From the sequence record PZ168832.1: a stretch of DNA of 64,000 bases; one strand, written 5' to 3'. Both the position numbers and the translations under genes were made by a program. The notes under the pieces were generated by a model. The model was not told the origin of the DNA. It ran no database searches and saw only the letters and a program-made list of their open reading frames with translations. The stretch's first letter is position 1, and every line of letters starts with the position of its first letter. Below are positions 18,304 to 28,386 of the stretch, piece after piece. This DNA is from a phage.

Positions 18304-18525
18304 TTATCCATTGTCCACCGCCCCAATATCAGTTAAGAACTCGTGCAACGCGCCTTTCTTATTGAGTCTTTGCATAGTTTTGATATCATCAAGCGATATA
18401 CTCTGATCACTTTGCTGTTTATCTATGCAGACAAGGCCGCCTTTCTTAGCCTTGATTGTCATGCCTTTGGCTTCAATACTTTTTACGAAATCGGACAATA
18501 ATTTAATTTCCATAATACACCTCAC
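18304..18525 (-). CDS. hypothetical small protein
   Basis: ORF track; track start is GTG, ATG four codons in (MEIKLL). Confidence 0.35.
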   Translation of the reverse strand: MRCIMEIKLLSDFVKSIEAKGMTIKAKKGGLVCIDKQQSDQSISLDDIKTMQRLNKKGALHEFLTDIGAVDNG

Positions 18526-18594
18526 TTGTTAACGTATAATGAGTATAACTTAATAGCCCATAAAGTAAAGGCGCTTTTCAGCGCCTTGAGTGAA

Positions 18595-20952
18595 TTATTT
18601 CGCTGCTTTCAGCGCGGCTATCTCTGCCTTGAGTTCATCTATCTGATCCATCAATGCAAGAATAGCCTCGTGGTGCAGTGCTGCTGCTACACCTGGTGTG
18701 TTGACAGATTTTATGTTATCCAACGTCGAACCGTCGCGCAGAGTAACAGGCGATGACTGTGTTTCAGATACTGCTTCAGGAAAGTCTTTCTCTACATCCT
18801 GGGCGATGAAGCCAAAACCGACGGAGCCATTAGTTTCCAGAGTCCATGCCACGCCTCTGATGTTGCGCATCTTGACAAGTGGATCAGTGATCCGCTCAAT
18901 GTTACTTTTAATACGTTCATCAGATATACTCCGCCACTCCTGACACCTTGCTATTCCATCGGAGCCAAAAAGATAAGAGGCCGCGCCGCCTGTCCCGCTG
19001 TAAACGTTCAATTGCGCGCGGTCCAGCGTGGTCGTGCTACTCCTTATGCCTCCGAGAATCCAGCTTCCACTGTACCAGTCACCGCTGATTGAGTTTACAA
19101 AATTTCCTTCTGGAACGTTGGCATAGTTTTGAATCCTTATGGCGTTGTTTTCTGCAGCAGCAACGCCTACTGAATTAACTGGGGATGCAACAAGGTCTTT
19201 AGACCGGATATATGCATCAACAACTATTGTCCCATCAGGGCGCAGAGTTCCAATCTGGGATGTGGAATTCGGCAACACCAATTTGCCATCTTGGTTAAAT
19301 GCCCACTCTTGCACCCCATTAGATATCACAGCACCTTGTTCAGACGTCAATCCATCAATTTTGCCGTATGCCTGCAAGAATGCTTGATACGCGATGTTCG
19401 TGCCAATCTTATATTCAGATTTTACACTACCGCCTCTGACAAGCATTCCGGCTGCAGGTTTTACTGCGTCGCCGTTAATCACACTCCAAGAAGTATTCGC
19501 GGCAACAAATCCACCCGATGCACGAATCACCCAAACGCCAACAAAGTTGCGACCCATGATTTCGTCAGTTGCCGCTCCATAAATCGGGCTTGATCTGGAT
19601 GCATCAATATTTATTGTATTGAGACGCCCCTCTACTGCCCCGCTTCCAACAGGTATGGTGTCGCCAGCGCCTTGGGGGTACAAATCGTTGTTTGTGTAAA
19701 AAGCACCTCGGACGGCTGTGCCAAAGATTTGCGCATAAGTGCCTGCCGATACACCAGCGGCTGAGCCTGTGATGTTTGGTGCAGCAGATTCAAATATTTG
19801 ACCGTTCGCAGTGGAGTTGCCGCCATCACCGCGCCCGTAAAGCGCCCGTACAGAGCCTGTCTGAACACCGTTAAGGTCTGGGACACGGAATGTCGTTGTG
19901 CCGTTACCTGAAGAATATTTTGCACGTTTGAACTTATCCGCAAGCCAGTCGGCATCTGCGATGGGCGAAAGCATTTGCGCATACGCCCAAAGTTCAGGCC
20001 AGTCAGCACGGTTTAGCAATTGCCCGTCTGCAACGACTTCGTATGGCTGAATATATGATCTACTATTGCGAAGATGGAAATCGCCAACACCATAGTTCAT
20101 GACGCCGTTCATACTTGGACCAACGGTGCCTGTGTTTACTAAGTTTTCAACCCAACGCTTAGTCGCGGCATCATAATCATTTACAGGGTCGCCAGCGAGC
20201 GGCGTTGATCCTTGTGGACGGATGTTTAGCCACGCCTGAGCATTATCTGCAGAGCCTGTGCCGCCCATTGAAGTTGGAACGATGCTCTGATCAGCAACAG
20301 GGCCGAATCCAAAAGCAGACTTCATCCCTTGGATGGTAGTTTGCCCTGTGCCGCCGTTGGCGACTGGGATGACAGATTTACTGTTGTATAATTGCGCCCA
20401 TTGACTCCAAACCCCATTTACCGCGTTGTAAGTCCTTTGGTATGTAACATTGTTGTAATATGTTGAGTATCTTTGGACGCAACTTTCTATTGATGGTCCA
20501 GTTTTTAGGACTTCAAGGACTCCTGCTTGTGAAACTGGGTAATTAAGAACAGTCTGAGCATCTGCATTGAAGTCTTGGAAATAATTTCCAAACCAAGAGC
20601 CTGTCAGAAAGTTGAGATTTATCCCAGAAGGAAGTTTGCCATAATTTCTTACAACCCCTGTTAAGGTCGCAGCAGTGTTACGAATAGAAAGCATGTCACC
20701 AGCAGACCATGCACGCGCTGCCGTACCTTCTTGTGCGCGCTGCACGGTCAGGACGTCTCCAACCACGGCTGTCACTGTGACAATTTCGAATTGGCGGCCT
20801 GTTGCAGCGTCGACGATTGTCGCCACTACACGCTCGTTCGCGCCCAAGGTCGGAAATCCCGACCCTGAGCGAATTGTGATTGTGGTGTCTGAAGTCGTCG
20901 TTGGTTGAGCCAGCGCGACCTCAAAGTTGTTTTTGAATATTAGCCTTGGCAT
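18595..20952 (-). CDS. tail spike/fibre with C-terminal intramolecular chaperone (peptidase S74-like) domain
   Basis: 785 aa; fibre-like Gly/Ser/Thr/Asn-rich repeats, YDAATKRWVEN motif; C-terminal SDERIKSNIERI...GFIAQDVEKDFPEAV followed by a coiled-coil tail, the hallmark of self-cleaving chaperone domains. Confidence 0.8.
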   Translation of the reverse strand: MPRLIFKNNFEVALAQPTTTSDTTITIRSGSGFPTLGANERVVATIVDAATGRQFEIVTVTAVVGDVLTVQRAQEGTAARAWSAGDMLSIRNTAATLTGVVRNYGKLPSGINLNFLTGSWFGNYFQDFNADAQTVLNYPVSQAGVLEVLKTGPSIESCVQRYSTYYNNVTYQRTYNAVNGVWSQWAQLYNSKSVIPVANGGTGQTTIQGMKSAFGFGPVADQSIVPTSMGGTGSADNAQAWLNIRPQGSTPLAGDPVNDYDAATKRWVENLVNTGTVGPSMNGVMNYGVGDFHLRNSRSYIQPYEVVADGQLLNRADWPELWAYAQMLSPIADADWLADKFKRAKYSSGNGTTTFRVPDLNGVQTGSVRALYGRGDGGNSTANGQIFESAAPNITGSAAGVSAGTYAQIFGTAVRGAFYTNNDLYPQGAGDTIPVGSGAVEGRLNTINIDASRSSPIYGAATDEIMGRNFVGVWVIRASGGFVAANTSWSVINGDAVKPAAGMLVRGGSVKSEYKIGTNIAYQAFLQAYGKIDGLTSEQGAVISNGVQEWAFNQDGKLVLPNSTSQIGTLRPDGTIVVDAYIRSKDLVASPVNSVGVAAAENNAIRIQNYANVPEGNFVNSISGDWYSGSWILGGIRSSTTTLDRAQLNVYSGTGGAASYLFGSDGIARCQEWRSISDERIKSNIERITDPLVKMRNIRGVAWTLETNGSVGFGFIAQDVEKDFPEAVSETQSSPVTLRDGSTLDNIKSVNTPGVAAALHHEAILALMDQIDELKAEIAALKAAK

Positions 20953-20990
20953 TTTACGGTCCTCGTTTTGTCGACAACCGTATTATAACC

Positions 20991-21332
20991 TTAATTTCTT
21001 TTGAGAGGAATATGACGGTGGCTGCCATTATTTGGTTTAATAATGAGCATAAAAACGATTAGAAAGATGATGGCTGATATACTTAATTCAATCAGCGCGG
21101 CTTGAGATATGGATTGGTCTTCGTGATACTGCTTTTGCATTTCCGCTTTCTTCTGAGCGCAAACTTCAGGTGATATATAATCGCCTTTTGAGTTGCCATA
21201 ATAAATCTCGCCATTCTCAGAAATAAGTCTGCCGCAAATATCAGTTTCAGCCTTTGCGCTTGACATCATAATGACGGTGCCGATGATAGCGGCAATTGTC
21301 CAGATTAGCAGTTGTGATAAAGTGTTGTTCAT
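20991..21332 (-). CDS. small membrane protein (N-terminal and C-terminal hydrophobic segments)
   Basis: Track ORF 20991..21566 trimmed to internal ATG (MNNTLSQLLIWTIAAIIG...); hairpin cccttcccacatcgggaaggg just upstream. Confidence 0.4.
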   Translation of the reverse strand: MNNTLSQLLIWTIAAIIGTVIMMSSAKAETDICGRLISENGEIYYGNSKGDYISPEVCAQKKAEMQKQYHEDQSISQAALIELSISAIIFLIVFMLIIKPNNGSHRHIPLKRN

Positions 21333-21528
21333 GATGACCTCTTTAAATTCCCTTCCCACATCGGGAAGGGTGAATATTATTTTAAACGAAAGAATAGGCG
21401 CGTGCCACACAGAGAGTCCCAACGGCCTTCGCCGTCCCATATCGAACCAACGCCAGCAGTGATTGGGCCAGCAGAATTGGCGGCATTGGCCCAAGCGAGA
21501 CGTTTCAACTTCCAACTGCACCAACGAT

Positions 21529-21792
21529 TCACAGTTCACCTCCAGATTGCAAAACAAGTCCCGCATAGAGGATTGCTAAAGCTAAAGGCGCACCACTTCC
21601 AGCTTCTCTATTCTCTTTGATTTGAAGAGTGTCCTTAAGGAATTGCAGCTGAACGTTGAATTCATTTTCAATTCCAAGCACTCCAGCTAATTCTTTTACA
21701 GAATCTGCATATGCCTTGTCTAGCACTTCTTTTGGTACTGTTAAAGTCAATTCATTTGCCATTTTCTTTCCACTCCACAAATGTGCTGCCAC
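21529..21792 (-). CDS. hypothetical small protein
   Basis: ORF track; probable start at MANELTL. Confidence 0.35.
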   Translation of the reverse strand: MAAHLWSGKKMANELTLTVPKEVLDKAYADSVKELAGVLGIENEFNVQLQFLKDTLQIKENREAGSGAPLALAILYAGLVLQSGGEL

Positions 21793-21973
21793 TTGTTTCT
21801 CTATTTAGCAGGTATCTGCCGCGCATTCCATGAAGGCTGAATTCAACCGTCGATGGATTAGATTTTGAAAGCCACATCGCTTGACCGTCGAATGGTCCGC
21901 CAACGCATGTGTATTTGGCTTTTGGCTCACTCCTTTTGGGCCGTTTTGCCCGCTCTTTGATTGATAGTCTCAT
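21752..21973 (-). CDS. hypothetical small basic protein
   Basis: ORF track. Confidence 0.35.
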   Translation of the reverse strand: MRLSIKERAKRPKRSEPKAKYTCVGGPFDGQAMWLSKSNPSTVEFSLHGMRGRYLLNRETSGSTFVEWKENGK

Positions 21974-22188
21974 CAGTCTTCACCTTGAGATTCAAGACAA
22001 GTAAGAACAAGCCATGTCATCGGAAGAATCAAAACCAGAGAAATAAGGGACCAGATGGACCAGCACAAGATGACAGACTTGAATGTGTGAACGTCGCCAA
22101 ACGCAGCAGTGAAACAAAATCCCATCACGAAAGCAAGCGCGGTGGAGTGGTTATCAATGGCTTTGATGGCACGGTCGATGAGTTTCAT
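21973..22188 (-). CDS. small membrane protein (two predicted TM helices)
   Basis: ALAFVMGFCFTAAFG and WSLISLVLILPMTWLVL hydrophobic stretches. Confidence 0.4.
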   Translation of the reverse strand: MKLIDRAIKAIDNHSTALAFVMGFCFTAAFGDVHTFKSVILCWSIWSLISLVLILPMTWLVLTCLESQGED

Positions 22189-22277
22189 ATTACCTCCGGT
22201 TTTGAGTTAATATGATTATAACGCAGAGCTTCAGAAAGGCAAACTTTTTGTGAATTTATGCCGTCCATGGCAAATGA

Positions 22278-22508
22278 TTAGTGAGAAGACACGACTAATG
22301 TGCCGCTTCCTTTCGCGAAAATCTCAACACCTGGCGGGATTGTGACCGTGCCAACCACTGCGATTCCGATCAACTTGTCATCGGCTTTTTCTTCGAAACA
22401 GATCTCTGCGGCACCGCCGCGAACTTGAATAAGTGCGCCTGATACGTTTTCAGCAACAGAAAGAACGGAAGTGTAAGATGGAGTGAGTTGAATATTTACT
22501 AGGGCCAT
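22278..22508 (-). CDS. hypothetical protein (76 aa)
   Basis: ORF track; hairpin plus T-run (minus sense) immediately upstream of its RBS. Confidence 0.4.
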   Translation of the reverse strand: MALVNIQLTPSYTSVLSVAENVSGALIQVRGGAAEICFEEKADDKLIGIAVVGTVTIPPGVEIFAKGSGTLVVSSH

Positions 22509-22626
22509 GATTTACTCCTGATAAAAAAATGGCCAGAAAGAATCTGGCCGAAAAGATCACCCTTTATCCACTACTAAGCTGGAATCATAATTTTACTTGA
22601 TATAGCTGTCGCAAGCAAACTATAAT

Positions 22627-24087
22627 ATGAATAAAATATTAACACATAATTGGAAAGTCATGTACCAGTTGAATCCTGCTTTAAGAGAAGTCTGGAAGAC
22701 GAAAGCGCGATACAAAGTAATATACGGCGGTCGTGCATCTTCCAAATCGCATGATGCCGCTGGTTTTGCTATTTATTTGGCGGCAAACTTTAAATTAAAA
22801 TTCCTTTGCGTTCGACAATTCCAGAACAAGATTTCTGAATCAGTATATACGCTATTAAAAGACAAAATAGAAATTTCTGATTTCAAAGATGAGTTCAACT
22901 TGTTAAAGAACTCCATTGAACACAAAAGAACAAAATCTGAATTCTTATTTTACGGTATCGCACGCAACGTTGACGAAATCAAATCAACAGAAGGCGTTGA
23001 TGTTCTTTGGCTTGAAGAAGCGCACGCACTTACTGAAGAGCAGTGGGACATCATTGAGCCGACAATTCGTAAGGAAGGGTCCGAAATATGGATCATATTT
23101 AACCCTGATGAAGAGGCTGATTTCGTCTACCAGAACTTTGTTATGCGACCGCCTAAAAATGCCATCGTTAAGAAGATTAACTGGCAGGACAATCCATTCT
23201 TGTCGCAAACAATGCTGGACGTTATCGCTGGCATGTATGAGCGCGACCCGAAAAAGGCAGAACACGTTTATGGCGGAGTACCGAAGACAGGCGGCGACAA
23301 GTCGGTCATCAACCGTGCATTCGTCAAGGCCGCACTAAACCTCCACAAACACCCTACGTTGGGATGGAGCTTGTCAGGGTCTAACCGTATAGGCTTTGAC
23401 GTGGCAGACGACGGCGACGACTTAAACGCCACAGCATTTGTCACGGGCAACGTATTGCGCGGCATAAAGACATGGGAAGGTCTGGAAGATGAATTGCTTA
23501 AGTCCGCAAGCGGAGTTTGGAAAGATGCATTAACATTCGGCGCATCAATTACCTATGACGCCATCGGTGTTGGTGCATTTGCTGGTTCAAAATTTGATGA
23601 GCTTAATGAGTATGCAATCCATGAAAATCCAACATTCCCAAGAATCGAATTTAATGCGTTCAACGCGCAAGGTGCTGTTGATGATCCTGATGACGTCTTC
23701 CTTGAGTTACCACACGTTGAAATACTCAATAAAGACCATTTCGCAAACATAAAAGCGCAAAAATGGACTGAGATTGCCGAACGATTCAGGAAGACATATG
23801 AGTATGCAACAGGGCAGGCCGTATACCCGACTGATGAGCTGATTTCCATCGACACAGACGGCATTCCAGAACTTGGGATTCCTGCTTGGTCTGCGGAAGA
23901 AATTGAGACATTTCTTTTTGAGATGTCAGCGCCGCGCAAAGACACGTCTGTGCTTGGTAAGTTTAAAGTTGAATCGAAAAAGGATATGGCAAAGCGTGGA
24001 GTCAAATCGCCTAACAAAGCGGACGCAGCAATCATGGCGTTGATGAAACCAATTGTTGCAGCATCCGGCTTCTTCTCTAACCTTTAA
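22627..24087 (+). CDS. terminase large subunit
   Basis: 486 aa; Walker A-like YGGRASSKS near N-terminus; ATPase-then-nuclease layout; true start may be the second in-frame ATG (MYQLNPA) because TATAAT abuts the first ATG. Confidence 0.8.
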   Translation: MNKILTHNWKVMYQLNPALREVWKTKARYKVIYGGRASSKSHDAAGFAIYLAANFKLKFLCVRQFQNKISESVYTLLKDKIEISDFKDEFNLLKNSIEHKRTKSEFLFYGIARNVDEIKSTEGVDVLWLEEAHALTEEQWDIIEPTIRKEGSEIWIIFNPDEEADFVYQNFVMRPPKNAIVKKINWQDNPFLSQTMLDVIAGMYERDPKKAEHVYGGVPKTGGDKSVINRAFVKAALNLHKHPTLGWSLSGSNRIGFDVADDGDDLNATAFVTGNVLRGIKTWEGLEDELLKSASGVWKDALTFGASITYDAIGVGAFAGSKFDELNEYAIHENPTFPRIEFNAFNAQGAVDDPDDVFLELPHVEILNKDHFANIKAQKWTEIAERFRKTYEYATGQAVYPTDELISIDTDGIPELGIPAWSAEEIETFLFEMSAPRKDTSVLGKFKVESKKDMAKRGVKSPNKADAAIMALMKPIVAASGFFSNL

Positions 24088-24090
24088 CAA

Positions 24091-24330
24091 TTAAAGCATT
24101 CCGTGCTGAAGGTCGAGTTTTCTTGCGGCAAACGACCTGGCACGGAATCGCTTACCCGCCCTTACTGCCTGTCGAATCTTCTTTTGCAAACACTTACGAT
24201 CAAAATCGTTGCGGTCGACGGCTTCGAGTAAATCACGACGCAAAGCACCCAGTGTCGACTTTTCAGAGACTTCAACGCCCAGCGCCGCTGCAACGTCTTT
24301 CAAAACATCGAGTTCGGTTAAAGTTCTCAT
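24091..24330 (-). CDS. hypothetical small basic protein (79 aa), second gene of a two-gene insert
   Basis: ORF track; ATGA overlap with upstream gene; opposite strand to flanking terL and portal. Confidence 0.4.
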   Translation of the reverse strand: MRTLTELDVLKDVAAALGVEVSEKSTLGALRRDLLEAVDRNDFDRKCLQKKIRQAVRAGKRFRARSFAARKLDLQHGML

Positions 24331-24743
24331 TTGATAATCCCCTTGATGTCTGATTCTGCCATAAAGATTGGAGTTCCGCCGCCAGGAACAATCGAGCGCG
24401 TGACTTTATCAAACATATCGTTTTCTTCAACTTGAATACGATAGAATTTATTTTTGGATGAAGATGGGCACAATCCCATAAATTTGCCGATTCCGCGAAC
24501 GCATTCATCTTCAAAGTATACTGTTTCACCTTGAATGGAGTCGATGTTGTCTACTGGATAGACTTTGCGACCCAACAACCACTCATCCAAAGTAGCTTGC
24601 AAGACGTTTCGCGCATCTAAAATCCACGGGTCAATAATAGCACCTTCATATCGCGCAGCAGTGGCTTTTGCCAGCTCTTCATATTCGCATACGTTTACCA
24701 CTTCGCCTTGATGAAGGACGACAAATACAATTGTTGTGCTCAT
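24327..24743 (-). CDS. hypothetical protein (138 aa), first gene of the two-gene insert
   Basis: ORF track. Confidence 0.4.
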   Translation of the reverse strand: MSTTIVFVVLHQGEVVNVCEYEELAKATAARYEGAIIDPWILDARNVLQATLDEWLLGRKVYPVDNIDSIQGETVYFEDECVRGIGKFMGLCPSSSKNKFYRIQVEENDMFDKVTRSIVPGGGTPIFMAESDIKGIIK

Positions 24744-24872
24744 TTCAATCTCCTTTCGTTTGGTTAACTAAAATATAACTCAAAATGATACAAAAGCAAA
24801 ATATTTTATGAACTATTTATGATTACTATACATATCATTTGCTTACAAACACATGAATATTTATAATATAGA

Positions 24873-27281
24873 TTGATTCCCTTTCACTGTCAGGTGGCGT
24901 TAACAATGAAAATTCTTGGCATAAAACTCTGGGAGAAGACGCAACCAGAAGCCGAACCAGCGGAGATGCCGCCAGGCGACCCATTGGCACCGTTTGAACG
25001 CCTTGAAAGGCGCGGCAGCGGTCAACGCTGGGAAAAGACTGAAAGCAATCGACCGACCTTTAAAACGGTTGATGACTTCCCTTTATATGAGCCTGATATT
25101 AATGGCGATGGTGTTGCAATCATAAAAGGTCGTTCAGTCGATTCCGCAACAGTATCCAAAAAGGTTATGGATAATGCCTTAAAGAACATCAGTTCAGAAG
25201 GGCAAGTCAACCCATACACAGTACCTATTCAACTTCAAAACTGGTATTTGTCACAGTCATTTATCGGCTATCAAGCTTGTGCCATCATCGCACAGCATTG
25301 GCTGGTGAACAAGGCTTGCTCTATGGTAGGCCGTGATGCAGTGCGTAAAGGTTGGGAAGTAAAATCAAGCTCTGAATCAGAATTGTCTGTGCAGGCCAGC
25401 GAACGCTTAAAGCAAATTGATAAAGAATTTAATATCAAAGAGCACTTAGTTGAAGCCGAACGATTCAAAAATATTTTTGGTATCCGCGTCATCATATTTG
25501 ATGTGCGTAGCGATGATCCAGAATACTACAGCAAACCTTTTAACATTGATGGTGTGACAAAGGGGTCTTATAAGGGAATCATTCAGGTTGACCCTTATTG
25601 GATGATGCCATTTTTGACGTCTGAAAACACCGCCGACCCTGCATCACAGCACTTCTATGATCCAGAATACTGGGTGATCAGCGGACAACGTTATCATCGA
25701 AGCCACCTGATCATTTTGCGAAACGATGAGCCAGCTGATATTCTCAAGCCGACTTATATTTACGGCGGCATCCCTCTGACTCAGCAGATTTATGAACGCA
25801 TCTATGCCGCTGAACGTACCGCTAACGAAGCGCCATTGCTGGCGATGTCCAAGCGTACAACCACGCTGCGGACCGACGTTGACAAGGCGATTGCCAATGA
25901 GCGGTCTTTTGCTGAACGTCTGATGATGTGGATTAAGTACCGCGACAACTATGCAGTCAAAGTGCTTGGTCAAAAAGAAGAGATGGACCAGTTCGACATC
26001 AACTTGTCAGACTTCGACAGCATCATCATGAACCAGTACCAGCTGGTGGCCGCAATCGCAAAAGTTCCGTCGACCAAACTTCTTGGGACTTCGCCAAAAG
26101 GCTTTAACGCCACTGGTGAATTTGAGATGGTCAGCTATCACGAAGAGTTGGAAACGTGCCAGCAGCATGACCTGACAAAAATTCTCGACCGCCATTACAA
26201 AATCCTTCTCAAATCAGAAGGGGTGGAAGTCGACGTTAAGGTTGCATGGGAACCAGTTGGCTCACTTACTGCTACTCAACTTGCAGAAATCAACGACAAG
26301 CGAGCTAACACTGGCAAAACTCTCATTGATGCTGGCGTCATTTCTCCTGATGAAGAGCGCGACCGCATCAAAGACGACAAAAACAGCGGCTACAACCGTC
26401 TGCCGGAAGACGCAGCAGAAGAAACCCCAGGGATGTCTCCAGAGAATATGGCATTGCTTGGCAAGTCTGCTGGTGAAGTCCTGCAAGGTAAGGCCGATAT
26501 TGAACAGGCGAAAGTTGATGTCGTTAAGATGGGCGGCCAGTTCTATAGCGAAACAGGTATTATGCCAGAGGGTGCCGCGCGTGGTGAGTTGGCGGAAAAC
26601 CCTGACAAAGCGCCTGTCGAAATCAACATGGACGATACCGATGATGAATCAAGCCATCAGGTTGATGTCCTAACGCAGTTGAAAGAAGGGCTGGAGGGTA
26701 TTGCGGATTACTACCTGAAAGAAGGTCAGGATGTGGATTTTGACCCTCAAAAAGATTCACGGTCGGTGCAACCGTCTACCCTTCCAAGCGTTAAAGGACA
26801 CGTCGTCAACTTACGCCACAACGTGGGTAAAATGGACGCAGCATCATTACCTAAGATGAAGTTGCACGGAATGATTCTTGGCATTGAGAATCCGCGAAAC
26901 AGCATTCGTAGAGGAAACAGCCTTGACGGTGAATGGGCCGTGAAGATGCCGCACCACTACGGATTCATCAAGGGCACCAAGGGCGCAGACGGTGATGAAG
27001 TCGACTGCTTTGTGGGTCCAAATCTGAAGTCGCCGAAAGTCTTTATCGTGAACCAAAACGATAACTACTCTGGCGAGTTTGATGAACACAAGTGTATGCT
27101 TGGATTCGATTCAGCAGAAGAAGCGAAAGAAGCTTATCAAGCATCATTTGGTAACGGTTGGAACGGATTCGACTCAATCCACGAATTAGATGTGAACTCA
27201 TTCAAGGAGTGGTTGAAGGGTGATTGCTCTCAAGCATACGGAGCACTCAATAATCCTACTAATTCACCGAAGCAAGGTTGA
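24873..27281 (+). CDS. portal protein with long C-terminal extension
   Basis: About 800 aa between terL and the Mu-F-like head protein; likely start is ATG at 24906 (MKILGIK), since the track start is a non-ATG codon. Confidence 0.7.
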   Translation: MIPFHCQVALTMKILGIKLWEKTQPEAEPAEMPPGDPLAPFERLERRGSGQRWEKTESNRPTFKTVDDFPLYEPDINGDGVAIIKGRSVDSATVSKKVMDNALKNISSEGQVNPYTVPIQLQNWYLSQSFIGYQACAIIAQHWLVNKACSMVGRDAVRKGWEVKSSSESELSVQASERLKQIDKEFNIKEHLVEAERFKNIFGIRVIIFDVRSDDPEYYSKPFNIDGVTKGSYKGIIQVDPYWMMPFLTSENTADPASQHFYDPEYWVISGQRYHRSHLIILRNDEPADILKPTYIYGGIPLTQQIYERIYAAERTANEAPLLAMSKRTTTLRTDVDKAIANERSFAERLMMWIKYRDNYAVKVLGQKEEMDQFDINLSDFDSIIMNQYQLVAAIAKVPSTKLLGTSPKGFNATGEFEMVSYHEELETCQQHDLTKILDRHYKILLKSEGVEVDVKVAWEPVGSLTATQLAEINDKRANTGKTLIDAGVISPDEERDRIKDDKNSGYNRLPEDAAEETPGMSPENMALLGKSAGEVLQGKADIEQAKVDVVKMGGQFYSETGIMPEGAARGELAENPDKAPVEINMDDTDDESSHQVDVLTQLKEGLEGIADYYLKEGQDVDFDPQKDSRSVQPSTLPSVKGHVVNLRHNVGKMDAASLPKMKLHGMILGIENPRNSIRRGNSLDGEWAVKMPHHYGFIKGTKGADGDEVDCFVGPNLKSPKVFIVNQNDNYSGEFDEHKCMLGFDSAEEAKEAYQASFGNGWNGFDSIHELDVNSFKEWLKGDCSQAYGALNNPTNSPKQG

Positions 27282-27282
27282 T

Positions 27283-28134
27283 ATGGCTTTTAAAGCTTCG
27301 AAAAAACGTGAACGCCGCTCACCCGATAGAATCGGACGCGGCAGTCCGATAATCCCATCAAACGCTATTGCGATGGCCTACCGTCGTGAGATGAAAGGTC
27401 TTTGCTATGCGATGATTGATGACTATCAGGCAGGCATTTCAGAATGGCTTGACAAGAAGCAGGTGCAGAAGTTTTTTGCGCAAGACTCTGCTGATTCGAC
27501 ATTCCAGACCCTTATGAAACGGCTGCAACTGAAATGGGCAAAGGCGTTTGCACGTGTTGGGTCGAAGATTGCCGCTGATTTTATCAAATCGGTCGAAAAG
27601 GGTGCCACTTCTGCTACATTCGCAAGCCTTAAGTCCGCAGGCATAGAAGCGCCAAAGGCCACATATAACAAATTCGTTGAGAACACTCTTAGAACAAGCG
27701 AGAAGTTTAACACGACTCTAGTGACTAAGGTCGGCGAGGATATTCACAACAGGGTGTACGAAGCGGTGATGCTTTCGCTGACTTCGCCAGACCCAGCACA
27801 GCAAGGCGCATCCGGCATTCAGGCGGCATTAAGAAATGTCAAACACTTCTCTGCAAAACGCGTAGACCTTATCGCCAAAGACCAAACGAGCAAACTTTAT
27901 TGCGTATTAAGTGATGAAAGGATGCGACAGAATGGCGTGGAGGAATTTGAGTGGGCGCATTCAGGAGCAGGCAAAGAGCCGCGAATATCACATGAGCACG
28001 TCGACGGCATGAGATTCAAGCTTGATGACAAACGCTTATGGGAAGTAGGTGGAGAACTTAAGTTCAAAAAGGGTGACATCGGTCCTCCTGGATGGGCAAT
28101 ACACTGCAAGTGCAGAAAAATACCAATTATCTGA
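27283..28134 (+). CDS. head morphogenesis protein (Mu gpF / SPP1 gp7-like)
   Basis: Track ORF 27220..28134 trimmed to MAFKASKK; C-terminal ...PPGWAIHCKCRKIPII resembles the conserved H-x-C-x-C end of this family. Confidence 0.65.
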   Translation: MAFKASKKRERRSPDRIGRGSPIIPSNAIAMAYRREMKGLCYAMIDDYQAGISEWLDKKQVQKFFAQDSADSTFQTLMKRLQLKWAKAFARVGSKIAADFIKSVEKGATSATFASLKSAGIEAPKATYNKFVENTLRTSEKFNTTLVTKVGEDIHNRVYEAVMLSLTSPDPAQQGASGIQAALRNVKHFSAKRVDLIAKDQTSKLYCVLSDERMRQNGVEEFEWAHSGAGKEPRISHEHVDGMRFKLDDKRLWEVGGELKFKKGDIGPPGWAIHCKCRKIPII

Positions 28135-28386
28135 ATTAAGATAGTTGTAAATAAGCGCAATTTAAACTGTGCAATTATTAATTTGATATGAACTAAAGAG
28201 GAAGTTATGCAAAAGATTATTCAGTCACGTTATGTTAAAGTGCGAAATATTAATTGCAACTCTTTGCTTTCTTGGAAATGGGCTGTTTATGACTCAATGC
28301 TGATTGGCGTTTTAGTTGCTGGAGTGCTTTTTAATATTCACTGAATCGCCTGGCAATGGATTGCCGCAGGATTTCACGCGTATAAT

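Noticed and set aside
22530-22552. Hairpin (tggccagaaagaatctggcca) as terminator for terL-side transcription
   Set aside because: T-run is on the minus sense only and sits just upstream of the RBS of 22278..22508; more likely a minus-strand insulator or leader structure, too uncertain to call.
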